Position numbers and translations under genes: made by a program
In this document: positions 1 to 9,211 of the stretch, in pieces
Layout of the letters: every line of letters starts with the position of its first letter
Position numbering within the stretch: position 1 is the stretch's first letter
Notes under the pieces: model-generated
Databases searched by the model: none
What the model was told of the DNA's origin: nothing
Seen by the model: the letters and a program-made list of their open reading frames with translations, nothing else
From: Candidatus Omnitrophota bacterium
GTDB lineage: Bacteria; Omnitrophota; Omnitrophia; Omnitrophales; Aquincolibacteriaceae
Length of the DNA stretch: 64,000 nucleotides
Assembly (NCBI GenBank): GCA_903856085.1
Contig: CAIOAT010000050.1
Span: 422-64,421, forward strand
Reading direction: 5' to 3'

Positions 1-1410
1 CGGGAAATGGCGCAGGAGCGGACGTATGACAAACGCATCGCTATGGCCCGGAAAGGAATGTACTGCGGAGGAAGGGTGCCGCTCGGGTACGACACAAAGA
101 ACAAGAAACTTATCGTCAATCCCGAAGAGGCCAAGATCGTACAGCTTTGTTTTGAGCTTTATCCCAAACTCGGGTCCATGAGCAGAGTCAGCAGAAAATT
201 GAACGAGATGGGTTATCGCACGAAAAAATTCTACGACCAAGGCAAAAAAAACAGCGGAAGCAGGGGAAGCATCAAATTCGACAAAAAAAAGATTTCAACG
301 ATCCTGGCCAATCCTCTATATATCGGAAAGGTGCGCTTCATGGATAAAAGCAAAAAAAGCTATCTTTTTGAGGGTGAGCACAAACCCATCATTAAAGATC
401 CCAAAGTCTGGGATGCAGCCCAAAACTTGCTTGTCAGTAACAGGGAGACCCGAAAGAGCTTTAAACAGAATAAATATGAAATGCTCTTTCAGGGCCTCAT
501 CCGTTGCGGGGAATGCGGAAGTACGATGACCAATTCATCCAAAAGGAAAAACGGGAAAGTTTATCTTTATTACCGCTGCGTTGAAGCTATCTCAAAGGGC
601 GCGGATTATTGCTCCATTCGTAATGTTTCCGGGGAAGAGATCGAGGAACTTCTTATCGCTGAATTTAAGGCTCTTGGCAAAAATCAGGCGCTTCTCAGGA
701 AGTCTATCGAAAAAGCCAATGGTTTAGCCAAGAAGGGGCTTGCACCCTTACAAAGGGAGAAAGACGCTGTGGAGGCCCAACTGACGAAAATAAACGGGGA
801 TTTAAAGCGGCTGGTGAATATCATGAAGTCCGAAGACATGCCCCAAAAAAGAGTTCAAACCCTTCTGAGTGAAATGTCGGATCTGGAAGAGTCCAAGGAA
901 AAGCTGGAATATGAAACCCACCGCATCAATACCAACATGCACCATCTAAGCCGGCACGTTATTGACGCGGAGACCTTCACTAAGCTTTTCGCTGAATTCC
1001 CGGCAGTTTTCGACACCTTTGACTTTGAGGAAAGAAGGAAACTCATTGTTCTCTTGGTCAAAGAAGTGATCTATACTCCGACCAAGATCACTGTTAAATT
1101 TTGGGGGGATCTACCGGAAATGGACTTTGATATCAAGAACCCGCCTGATTGGACGCCGCCACCAAATGACGATGGTGACGATCCGTCACCTCCCGGAGGA
1201 TCTCATAGTAATGGTGTAGAGGCTGAGGGTAGAGTTAGAAATCAGGTTCGCTCAAGAGTGTCGAATGGCTGCCCGGCCTGGGCTCGAACCAGGAATCTTG
1301 CCTCCAAAGGGCAGTGTGATACCATTTCACCACCGGGCAATAACTTATTTACTTCAAAAGATCAACGCTCGAACGGATCGTCGTCGCCGAGGTCATGCGT
1401 TTGCGGCTGA
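1..1410 (+). mobile_element. Large serine recombinase (integrase), 5'-truncated by the window edge. The recombinase domain, Zn-ribbon (CGECG...YRC...C) and coiled-coil are present. The C-terminal tail beyond about nt 1150 is low-complexity and runs through the tRNA on the opposite strand.
   Basis: The ORF is open from nt 1. Motifs GGRVPLGYD, LIRCGECGSTM...YLYYRC...YCS and coiled-coil LQREKDAVEAQL are typical of the PF07508/Zn_ribbon_recom architecture of large serine recombinases. Confidence 0.75.
1266..1339 (-). tRNA. tRNA-Gln (anticodon UUG)
   Basis: A 74-nt cloverleaf read from the reverse complement. The acceptor stem UGCCCGG/CCGGGCA carries the U1:A72 pair typical of tRNA-Gln, followed by discriminator G and CCA. 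The D-arm is GUGA-AAUGGUA-UCAC, the anticodon loop is CUUUGGA, and the T-arm is CCUGG-UUCGAGC-CCAGG. Confidence 0.8.
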
Positions 1411-1676
1411 TGCTCGATAAAAAGCTCGTAGGCCTTCAAGACCTCGCTTTGGATATAATCCTTGAACTCCGCCGTAATGGGATGCGCCACGTCCCGGTAA
1501 TCGTCGCCTTTGACCTTACGGGACGGCATCACCACGAAAAGGCCCTTCGACCCTTCGAGAACCTTCAGCCCGCGCACCACAAAACAACCATCGAATGTGA
1601 TGTTGGCAAAAGCACACAACTTGTTTTCTTTATTCGCTTGGGGGAAAACGCGAATTTCCGTGATCTTCACTTTCAA
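1362..1676 (-). CDS. spoVG: SpoVG family septation/regulatory protein
   Basis: The N-terminus MKVKITEIRVFP and the segments ITFDGCFVVRGLKVLEGSKGLFVVMPS and YRDVAHPI match the conserved SpoVG core. Confidence 0.85.
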   Translation of the reverse strand: MKVKITEIRVFPQANKENKLCAFANITFDGCFVVRGLKVLEGSKGLFVVMPSRKVKGDDYRDVAHPITAEFKDYIQSEVLKAYELFIEHQPQTHDLGDDDPFER

Positions 1677-1779
1677 ACCTCATGTTCTATGTGCTCGCGC
1701 CGCTTTAATTTATTATACGGGAAAACGGCACTACAGGCGTCTTCCGTCAGACAAAAGAAAGTTCCATGTTGACGCCCTG

Positions 1780-2655
1780 CTAGAATGAGTGACAAATCAC
1801 CTTGCGAAAAGGAAAGGGAACTTCTTTCAATCTCTTCGACAGGTCTAAAGCTTCTTTCCGGCTGGAGAACGCTGCGAAGATCGTGGCCCCGCTTCCGCTC
1901 ATGCGAACGAAGGGAGCCTCCAGACCTTTAAGGACCGCCATGGCCTTGGGAATGGCCGGCATCAAACGAAATGCCGGAAGTTCCAGATCATTTCGCGCAA
2001 ATGTCGCCGCTTCCCGGGTCCTCTTTCTTGCAAGAAAAGAGCGCAGGATTCTAGCAATACGCTTTTCCTTTGTCAAGGAAAGGGCCCGCCCCTTCCAAGA
2101 GAGCGACTGATAGACTTTTTTCGTATTAAGTCCTTGGTCTGTCATAAGTAAGAGGAACCAGAGAGGGGTACCACGCGGCACTTTTTGAAGCTCATCCCCG
2201 ATCCCCCAAGCCATGGCTTGCTGCGCATCCAAAAGGAAGAACGGTACATCCGCTCCCAGCTTCCTCCCCATCGCGAAAAGCTCTTTGGGAGAGATCTTAA
2301 GTCGAAAAAGTTTTTTCATCCCTAACAAGAAAAACGCCGCATTGCTGGAACCTCCGCCAAGCCCAGCCCCTAGCGGAATACGCTTGTTCAGACGCACGGA
2401 GACGCCACCCATCTCAGGAAATCTTTTTTGAAGTGCCCGATAGACCCGGGTAATGAGATTCCCTTCTCCGGTCTCTAGCAAAGAAATATTCGTGGTGAGT
2501 TTAAATCCTCTGGAGATTTTGCGGATGGCAATTGTATCTGCGAGTGAGATGCGATGAAAAAGCGTCAAAAGCTCATGATATCCATCCGGACGCTTACTGA
2601 GAATACGCAGATGGAGATTGAGCTTAGCAGGACTTTTGACGGTAAGAGAATTCAA
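1780..2655 (-). CDS. ispE: 4-diphosphocytidyl-2-C-methyl-D-erythritol kinase
   Basis: Contains PAKLNLHLRI, RPDGYHEL and the GHMP-kinase glycine motif PLGAGLGGGSSNAA. Confidence 0.9.
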   Translation of the reverse strand: MNSLTVKSPAKLNLHLRILSKRPDGYHELLTLFHRISLADTIAIRKISRGFKLTTNISLLETGEGNLITRVYRALQKRFPEMGGVSVRLNKRIPLGAGLGGGSSNAAFFLLGMKKLFRLKISPKELFAMGRKLGADVPFFLLDAQQAMAWGIGDELQKVPRGTPLWFLLLMTDQGLNTKKVYQSLSWKGRALSLTKEKRIARILRSFLARKRTREAATFARNDLELPAFRLMPAIPKAMAVLKGLEAPFVRMSGSGATIFAAFSSRKEALDLSKRLKEVPFPFRKVICHSF

Positions 2656-2713
2656 GATGCTGGGTCCCTAGTTGGGCACGGCAAAACAGAACGGTAAGCG
2701 TCAGAAAGAAAGA

Positions 2714-2971
2714 TTACAGAGATTTTTCGTTCTGCTTGCGCAGAAATTCCGCTATGGCCGTTTTTTTCTGATCCAGCGTCATCTTGGGGTCACTACTAAC
2801 CTGGCGAATGAACGCTGCGTCCTGAGCGATCTGTTCCTTGGCAGCCTGAAGTTTCTCATCCGCGCTTTGAGAGCTCCCCGGATCCGTCGCGGCGAAAGCA
2901 ATGGGAGAAACTAAGCAAATCCCGACAAGCAACCATGAAAAAAACTTATATTTCACGACACGATCCTCCAT
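2714..2971 (-). CDS. Small secreted/periplasmic protein, about 85 aa from the internal Met. It has a signal peptide followed by a charged helical region.
   Basis: Signal peptide MEDRVVKYKFFSWLLVGICLVSPIAFAA. No recognisable family. Confidence 0.45.
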   Translation of the reverse strand: MEDRVVKYKFFSWLLVGICLVSPIAFAATDPGSSQSADEKLQAAKEQIAQDAAFIRQVSSDPKMTLDQKKTAIAEFLRKQNEKSL

Positions 2972-3074
2972 AGAAAAGATAAAGTTAAAAAGAAAACGGG
3001 GAGCGCTGAACGGTTCTTTCCCGTCCACCGTTCCCCGTTTCGTGCAAAGCGCCGCCTTTCCAGGCGACACCTTG

Positions 3075-3173
3075 CTACGACCAGTCTTTTTTCTTGTGAC
3101 GGTTCCGGCGCAGTTTTTTCTTGCGCTTATGCTTGTTCATCTTCTTCTTGCGCTGTTTACGAGCCCAAGGCAT
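3075..3173 (-). CDS. bS22-like (AURKAIP1-like) ultra-basic ribosomal micro-protein, 32 aa: MPWARKQRKKKMNKHKRKKKLRRNRHKKKDWS
   Basis: This ORF is absent from the supplied ORF track. An AAGGAG Shine-Dalgarno sits 8 nt upstream. The KRRKKKMxKHKRKKLRRxR pattern resembles actinobacterial and bacteroidete bS22 ([20 protein letters not shown]). Confidence 0.55.
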   Translation of the reverse strand: MPWARKQRKKKMNKHKRKKKLRRNRHKKKDWS

Positions 3174-3202
3174 GAATGGAACTCCTTTAGGTGATGATGG
3201 GG

Positions 3203-4084
3203 TTAGGGAATAACTTTGTTGAGCGGGTACTCGATGATGCCCGATGCGCCGGCTTTCTTGAGCGCCGGGATCAATTCCCGGACCACGGACTCATCAATGA
3301 TCGTTTCGACATCAAGCCAGTTCTTGTCCGTAAGATTTGCGATGGTGGGCTTTTTCATGGCAGGAAGAAGACTCAAGACTTTTCGCAGGTTCTTCTTTTC
3401 GACGTTCATCTTGAGGCCCACTTTTTCCTGCGCACGCATCGCACCGTCGAGAAGCATAATGAGATTGTCCATCTTTTGCTTTTTCCAGGGATCTTTGACG
3501 CTTTTCTTATTCGCGATAAATTTCGGGATAGAAACAATCACGGTATCGATGATCTTGAGTTTGTTCGCGCGAAGACTGGATCCGGTCTCGGTCGCCTCCA
3601 CGATGGCATCCGCAAGTCGCGGGGGTTTGGCTTCCGTGGCACCCCACGAGAATTCTACCTCCGCGGTCACTTTGTTCTTTTTGAGATAACGCTTCGTAAC
3701 GCTCACGAGCTCGGTCACCACCTTCTTACCATTCAAATCCTTGACGCTTTTAAATGGCGAGGACTCATGCACCGCCAGAACCCATCGAACAGGATTGGAA
3801 GTGCGCTTGGAGTATTGAAGCTCGCAGAGTTCCACAACATCGGAGTCATTCTCCACGATCCAGTCATGTCCGGTCAGGCCGCAATCCACGATGCCTTCTT
3901 CTACATAACGGGACATTTCCTGAGGACGGAACAATACAACCTCGATCTCGGGATCATCAATGGACGGGATATAGGAACGAGAATTGACATTGATCTTGAA
4001 ACCAGCCCGTTTGAAGAGATTATAGGTCGCTTCTTCGAGACTGCCCTTAGGTAATGCGATTTTAAGCTTGTTGTCAGATGTCAT
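3203..4084 (-). CDS. hisG: ATP phosphoribosyltransferase, long form with a C-terminal regulatory domain
   Basis: LKIALPKGSL at the N-terminus. The 293-aa length matches HisG-long. Confidence 0.85.
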   Translation of the reverse strand: MTSDNKLKIALPKGSLEEATYNLFKRAGFKINVNSRSYIPSIDDPEIEVVLFRPQEMSRYVEEGIVDCGLTGHDWIVENDSDVVELCELQYSKRTSNPVRWVLAVHESSPFKSVKDLNGKKVVTELVSVTKRYLKKNKVTAEVEFSWGATEAKPPRLADAIVEATETGSSLRANKLKIIDTVIVSIPKFIANKKSVKDPWKKQKMDNLIMLLDGAMRAQEKVGLKMNVEKKNLRKVLSLLPAMKKPTIANLTDKNWLDVETIIDESVVRELIPALKKAGASGIIEYPLNKVIP

Positions 4085-4144
4085 AGGAGGCGGATTCTAG
4101 CGGTTTGCTTTCAAGGTGTCAACTATCAGGACATTCATCGGCAT

Positions 4145-4498
4145 TTAATAGGTACGGCATTCCCTAATCCATATGATTATATGCCGGATCGCGGATACCA
4201 GACCCATTCCCGTCAAAAAAAATAACACGGCCATCGCGGCCAACATTTTTGGTTCCCGAAAATAGTCCATCCCCCAGTCCACTTCGAACGTGCGAAATGA
4301 AATGAACTTCAGCCACAAACCGGTAAAACACGCCCCGGTAGAAAAAGAGAGAAAATACATCAGGAGATTGATCGCAAACTTTTTTTTAGAAAAAGATTCT
4401 TTTATTTCTTCCCGGGTCCCTTGAACCGCGCTTTCACTTTTTTTGTCTGCGTCCGACGCGTCTATTTTCGGCGTCTCAATCCTGGCAAGGAGCGCCAT
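4145..4498 (-). CDS. Hypothetical two-TM membrane protein, abutting mgtC (TAAATG)
   Basis: Its start codon immediately follows the mgtC stop. Hydrophobic helices are present. Confidence 0.4.
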   Translation of the reverse strand: MALLARIETPKIDASDADKKSESAVQGTREEIKESFSKKKFAINLLMYFLSFSTGACFTGLWLKFISFRTFEVDWGMDYFREPKMLAAMAVLFFLTGMGLVSAIRHIIIWIRECRTY

Positions 4499-4957
4499 TT
4501 ATTCTCCCTGATTCTTCTTCGGGATCATATGTCGTTCTACCCGAAGAAAAAGAATGAGAATGACCAAAACAAGAAGAGTCGTTATGATCGCTATTTTATA
4601 GAGTCCCACCCCGCAGGCCATTCCGATACCGCATATGGTCCAGATTCCGGCCGCAGTCGTCAACCCACGAACACTCCCCTGTTGCGAACGGATAATGGCT
4701 CCGGCGCCCAAAAAACCTATGCCCGTGACCACCTGTGCTGCAATGCGCGAAGGATCGACGCTCGCAATCCCTCGATAGATCAGAAAGATCTCCGTGGAAA
4801 GAACCATCATAAGCGCTGACCCGAGACAGACTAGCGTGTATGTCTTGAAACCGGCATCTTTGCCGTGAATGCCGCGTTCAAGACCGACCAAAGCCCCCAG
4901 AACGGTCGCAACCAGTAATCGAATCGCAAGTTCAGAATCATGTGCCGTAAGAATCAT
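4499..4957 (-). CDS. mgtC: MgtC/SapB family membrane protein
   Basis: LLVATVLGALVGLERGIHGKDAGFKTYTLVCLGSALMM matches the MgtC N-terminal domain. Confidence 0.8.
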   Translation of the reverse strand: MILTAHDSELAIRLLVATVLGALVGLERGIHGKDAGFKTYTLVCLGSALMMVLSTEIFLIYRGIASVDPSRIAAQVVTGIGFLGAGAIIRSQQGSVRGLTTAAGIWTICGIGMACGVGLYKIAIITTLLVLVILILFLRVERHMIPKKNQGE

Positions 4958-4970
4958 ACCCTGTCTCCTT

Positions 4971-5981
4971 TCATGAAATGGCCAAAGCCGGATCGCCGGT
5001 CATATTAAGTGACGACCGAATTCCATTTTTATGAAGTTCAAAACCACGCCGCGCGATCATGGCTGCGTTATCGGTCGAAAGGACAAACGGCGGGAACCAA
5101 ACCTTAATTTCCTTCACCCCTGCGTCCCGCGTAAGTTTCTCCCGGAGATAAGAATTCGCGCTAACGCCGCCGCCGACCACGATATCGGACGCGCCTTTGA
5201 ACTCACAGGCATCGAGCGCTTTTTCCACCAGCCAGCCAATCACCGCATGTTGAAAACTTGCCGCCATATCTTCTCGAGAAGGCGCCGCGGGATTTGGTTT
5301 CCCGGTTTTGGGATCCCGGAATTGATAGAGCACGGCCGTTTTCACGCCGCTGAAACTAAAGCTGAAACGCTCGTCTTGCTTTGGCTTCGTGAAATGGAAA
5401 GCCTTCGGATTTCCTTTTTTCGCGAGTTTGTCAAGAATAGGCCCACCAGGATAACTCAGCCCCATGATCTTCGCAACCTTGTCATACGCTTCGCCGACCG
5501 CGTCATCCACAGTCTCGCCCAGGATATGGATCTTTCCCTTTTCGCAGAACGTGAGCATCGTATGTCCGCCCGAAACCAAAAGTCCGATAAAACGCTTGGG
5601 TTCTTTTTGACCGAAGAAATTAGCCACCAGATGCGCCTCCATATGATTGACGCCAACCACCGGAATCCCCAATTGATACGCCAGCGCTTTTGAAAACGCG
5701 ACGCCGACAAGAAGAGAACCGATGAGACCGGGACCTTTTGTCACAGCAATAAGCTCAATATCCTTGGGTTTGATCCCAGCTTCACGAAGCGCTTCTTCGA
5801 ACACGCATTGGATCTGCTCCATGCAATGCCGCGACGCGATCTCGGGCACCACGCCGCCGAATTTCTTGTGCCGGAAAAGACTGGAGGAAACGACATTGGA
5901 AAGGATCGTATCCTTGCCCTTCAAGATCGAGCATGATGTTTCATCACAGGAGGTTTCAATACCGAGGGTATAAAAAGGCAC
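4971..5981 (-). CDS. tsaD: tRNA N6-adenosine threonylcarbamoyltransferase TsaD (Kae1/Gcp)
   Basis: LGIETSCDETS and the HMEAH metal-binding motif. The likely start is a GTG (VPFYTLGIE) with AAGGAT upstream. The longer ATG ORF extending to 6020 would overlap gatB. Confidence 0.8.
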   Translation of the reverse strand: MPFYTLGIETSCDETSCSILKGKDTILSNVVSSSLFRHKKFGGVVPEIASRHCMEQIQCVFEEALREAGIKPKDIELIAVTKGPGLIGSLLVGVAFSKALAYQLGIPVVGVNHMEAHLVANFFGQKEPKRFIGLLVSGGHTMLTFCEKGKIHILGETVDDAVGEAYDKVAKIMGLSYPGGPILDKLAKKGNPKAFHFTKPKQDERFSFSFSGVKTAVLYQFRDPKTGKPNPAAPSREDMAASFQHAVIGWLVEKALDACEFKGASDIVVGGGVSANSYLREKLTRDAGVKEIKVWFPPFVLSTDNAAMIARRGFELHKNGIRSSLNMTGDPALAIS

Positions 5982-5982
5982 T

Positions 5983-7428
5983 TTATCCTTGGAGTTTTTT
6001 CTGGAGGATCTCATTAACAATCTTGGGATTCGCCTTCCCCTGCGTCTCTTTCATGATCGCACCGACAAGCGCGCCGAGAGCTTTTTGTTTCCCGGCCTTG
6101 AATTCCGCAACCGCGACAGGATTCGCAGCAATGGCTTTCTCAACGGCCTTTTCGATCAACCCCGTATCCGAGACCTGCGTAAGACCTTTTTCTTTTACGA
6201 TCACGTCCGCGGCCTTCCCTGTCGCGGCCATTTCCTGAAGCACATCTTTGGCGGTCTTTCCCGAAACCGTACCCGCCTCGACAAGCTTCAGAAGCCCGGC
6301 AAACTCCTTCGAAGCAACAGGACAATCCTCAATCGCGATATTTTTCGCGTTGAGCATGGCAAGAAGCTCAGTCTGTATCCAGTTGCTTGCAGTCTTCGCC
6401 CCGGCTCCTTCGCGGACACACGCCTCAAAATATTCGGCGAGTTTCTTTTCCTGCACGAGTACGTAGGCATCATATTCCGGGATGCCGAATTCCTTGATAA
6501 AACGCTTCGCGCGCGCCATCGGCAGCTCGGGCAACGTCGCTTCGATACTTTTGACAAGTTCGAGGGACAACGTAAACGGCACAAGGTCCGGCTCCGGGAA
6601 ATAGCGGTAATCATGCGCTTCTTCCTTGGAACGCATGGAAAAGGTCGTCCCCTTCCCATCATCCCAAAGCCGCGTCTCCTGGACGATCGTTTCTCCGCCT
6701 TCAATCGCCTCGGTTTGCCGCTCGATTTCGTACTGAATGGCTTTTTGCACCATCTTGAAAGAATTCAGGTTCTTGATCTCGACCTTGGTCCCGAACTTTT
6801 CTTGGCCCACAGGCCGGACGGATACGTTCGCGTCACAGCGAAGGCTTCCCTTTTCCATATCGCAGTCGCTCACCTCAACATACTGGAGAATGGCCTTAAG
6901 CGCGGTGAGATAATCGTACGCTTCCTGCGGACTGCGCAGGTCCGGCTCGGAAACGATCTCAAGAAGTGGGATGCCGCCGCGGTTATAATCCACGAGACTG
7001 CCGTCGGTGATGCCTTCATGGAGAAGTTTCCCGGCGTCTTCTTCCAGATGCGCGCGCGTAATTCCAATCTTCCGCTCGATCATTTTCCCGTCGGCGGTTT
7101 TGGTCTCGATTAAAAGTTCGCCCTTACCGTTCACCGGCATGTCGAATTGTGAGATCTGATAGGCCTTGGGAAGATCCGGATAGAAATAGTTCTTCCGGTC
7201 GAATTTGAGTCGCTCGGCCACCTTGCAATTAAGTGCGAGCCCCACCCGAATCCCGAGTTTCAATGCCGCTTCATTTAGGACCGGGAGCGACCCAGGCCAC
7301 CCCAGACACACGGGACACGTATGACTGTTTCCCTCCGCCCCAAATTCCGTGGAGCAGGAACAGAAGAGCTTCGACCATGTCTTCAGCTGTACGTGGACCT
7401 CAAGTCCAATAACTGGCTCGTAGTTCAT
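5983..7428 (-). CDS. gatB: Asp/Glu-tRNA amidotransferase subunit B
   Basis: EPVIGLEVHVQL and FCSCSTEFG...HTCPVCLGWPGSLP match the GatB N-terminus. Confidence 0.9.
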   Translation of the reverse strand: MNYEPVIGLEVHVQLKTWSKLFCSCSTEFGAEGNSHTCPVCLGWPGSLPVLNEAALKLGIRVGLALNCKVAERLKFDRKNYFYPDLPKAYQISQFDMPVNGKGELLIETKTADGKMIERKIGITRAHLEEDAGKLLHEGITDGSLVDYNRGGIPLLEIVSEPDLRSPQEAYDYLTALKAILQYVEVSDCDMEKGSLRCDANVSVRPVGQEKFGTKVEIKNLNSFKMVQKAIQYEIERQTEAIEGGETIVQETRLWDDGKGTTFSMRSKEEAHDYRYFPEPDLVPFTLSLELVKSIEATLPELPMARAKRFIKEFGIPEYDAYVLVQEKKLAEYFEACVREGAGAKTASNWIQTELLAMLNAKNIAIEDCPVASKEFAGLLKLVEAGTVSGKTAKDVLQEMAATGKAADVIVKEKGLTQVSDTGLIEKAVEKAIAANPVAVAEFKAGKQKALGALVGAIMKETQGKANPKIVNEILQKKLQG

Positions 7429-8846
7429 AGCTTTGGCTTCTTTTTGTAGATTCCGGTTTCTTGTTCGAATGCGTACGCCGCGCGAAGCATGGCGGATTCG
7501 TCAAAGGGACGTGCCATAAGCTGCATGCCGATGGGAAGACCGCCGGAAGTGAAACCGCACGGCACCGACATCGCGGGAATACCCGCCAGGTTCGCCGGGA
7601 TCGTAAAAATATCGGACAAATACATCGCGATCGGATCCGCAACCTTTTCGCCAATCTTGAACGCAGCAGTCGGAGATGTCGGCGAGAGGATCACGTCCAC
7701 TTCCTTGAACGCCTTCTCAAAATCCTGACGGATGAGCGTGCGAACCTTCTGCCCTTTAAGATAATACGCTTCATAATAACCGGCGGAGAGTACGAACGTC
7801 CCGAGCAGGATACGACGTTTAGCTTCCTGACCGAATCCCTGATCTCGAGTCTCAAAATACATTTCACGAAGATCTTTCGTGGGAACTCTCAGACCATATT
7901 CTACGCCGTCAAAACGGCCGAGGTTCGAACTGGCTTCTGCCACGGCCACGATATAGTAAACCGCTACCGAATGTTCCGTGTGCGGCAGTGAAATCGATTT
8001 GATCTCAGCGCCGAGCTTCTTATAAAGATCTGCGGCCGCCCGCACACTTTTTTCGATTTCCGGATCGATCCCCTCGATAAAATATTCCTTCGGCAGGCCG
8101 ATCCTGAGCCCTTTCAAGTCTCGCTTGAGCGATTGTGTGAAATCGGGAACTCTCTCGGGCGATGAAGTGGAATCCTTCGGGTCATGGCCGCACAAGATAT
8201 TCATCAGGATCGCCGCGTCTTCCACGGTCTTGGTAATGGGACCGATTTGATCAAAACTTGAGCCGAACGCGATGAGGCCATAGCGCGATACACGGCCGTA
8301 AGTCGGTTTTACGCCGACCACACCGCAAAGCGCCGCTGGTTGACGGATGGAGCCTCCGGTGTCGGAACCCAGCGCCGCGAGCGTCATGTCCGCCGCCACC
8401 GAAGCTGCAGAACCTCCGCTTGAACCGCCCGGTACACGTTCCAGATCCCAGGGATTACGGCAAGCACCGAACGCGGAAGTTTCGCAGGAAGAACCGAACG
8501 CGAACTCGTCCATATTGCATTGCCCGAAAAGTGTCGCGCCCGCACTTTTGAGTTTTTCGATCACGGTCGCATTGTAGGGCGGCACATGGCCGGCAAGGAT
8601 TTTCGAAGCACAAGTCACTTCCCTGCCGTCGATGCAAATGTTGTCCTTAATGGAAACCGGAACGCCCTGAAGCAATCCCGGGATCTCACGTTTATTGATG
8701 GGTGCCGCGCCAAAACGGAGAAAGGCATTGATCTTGGGATTGAGCGCAGTCGCGCGCTTTTGAAATGCTTCAAGAAGAGGCTGCGCGCCGTCTTTTTTGG
8801 CAAACTCGATCGCTTCTTTAAGCGTGAGGGAACAAAGATCGGTCAT
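7425..8846 (-). CDS. gatA: Glu-tRNA(Gln) amidotransferase subunit A
   Basis: Amidase signature GGSSGGSAASVA and the catalytic SIKDN. Start chosen at MTDLCSLTLKEA. Confidence 0.9.
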   Translation of the reverse strand: MTDLCSLTLKEAIEFAKKDGAQPLLEAFQKRATALNPKINAFLRFGAAPINKREIPGLLQGVPVSIKDNICIDGREVTCASKILAGHVPPYNATVIEKLKSAGATLFGQCNMDEFAFGSSCETSAFGACRNPWDLERVPGGSSGGSAASVAADMTLAALGSDTGGSIRQPAALCGVVGVKPTYGRVSRYGLIAFGSSFDQIGPITKTVEDAAILMNILCGHDPKDSTSSPERVPDFTQSLKRDLKGLRIGLPKEYFIEGIDPEIEKSVRAAADLYKKLGAEIKSISLPHTEHSVAVYYIVAVAEASSNLGRFDGVEYGLRVPTKDLREMYFETRDQGFGQEAKRRILLGTFVLSAGYYEAYYLKGQKVRTLIRQDFEKAFKEVDVILSPTSPTAAFKIGEKVADPIAMYLSDIFTIPANLAGIPAMSVPCGFTSGGLPIGMQLMARPFDESAMLRAAYAFEQETGIYKKKPKL

Positions 8847-8850
8847 GGTG

Positions 8851-9135
8851 TCAATCCCGATGGACGATCTTGGGGACTTTAAAAAAACGGCCGTCCGCAT
8901 GCGGGGCGTGTTCTAGAGCCTTTTCGGCAGCATCCGAAGGTTTCACTTCATCGGCACGGAACACGTTCTCCATATTGAGAACATGACTCGTCGGCTCAAC
9001 ACCCTTCGTATCCAAAGCCTCCAGCTTTTTAACATAATCCAGGATCGCACCGAGATCCTTCTCAAGCTTCTGCTTTTCTTCAGACTTCAGGTTGAGCCGC
9101 GCAAGTTCCGCAACTCTTTCGATCTTGAATTCCAT
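8851..9135 (-). CDS. gatC: Asp/Glu-tRNA amidotransferase subunit C
   Basis: 94 aa, reading MEFKIERVAELARLNLKSEEKQKL, and the first gene of the gatCAB operon. Confidence 0.85.
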   Translation of the reverse strand: MEFKIERVAELARLNLKSEEKQKLEKDLGAILDYVKKLEALDTKGVEPTSHVLNMENVFRADEVKPSDAAEKALEHAPHADGRFFKVPKIVHRD

Positions 9136-9211
9136 AATGATCCTCGATGAGGGGTTGAAAGCGGTGACATTCTGCCCGATTGTGACAGGAGTGTCAAACG
9201 GTGGTCAAAAA

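Noticed and set aside
1147-1410. C-terminal ~85 codons of the recombinase ORF (PPNDDGDDPSPPGGSHSNG...), read straight across the antisense tRNA-Gln
   Set aside because: Low-complexity composition and overlap with a bona fide tRNA suggest this part is fortuitous read-through or a junction artefact rather than functional coding sequence. The true stop cannot be determined from the sequence alone.
3191-4054. 287-aa plus-strand ORF antisense to hisG, together with similar long antisense ORFs at 5031-5693, 5989-7113, 11573-12205, 12956-13723, 16726-17331, 28538-29071 and 59047-59592
   Set aside because: Each is fully embedded opposite a gene with clear homology, has no RBS or motifs, and is a typical artefact of high-GC sequence.
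4971-6020. Long ATG-initiated form of tsaD overlapping gatB by 38 nt
   Set aside because: A GTG start with an AAGGAT RBS gives the canonical TsaD N-terminus (xPFYTLGIETSCDE) and removes the overlap.
7425-8900. Long form of gatA overlapping gatC by 50 nt
   Set aside because: The internal Met (MTDLCSLTL) gives a typical GatA length and a 5-nt intergenic gap.
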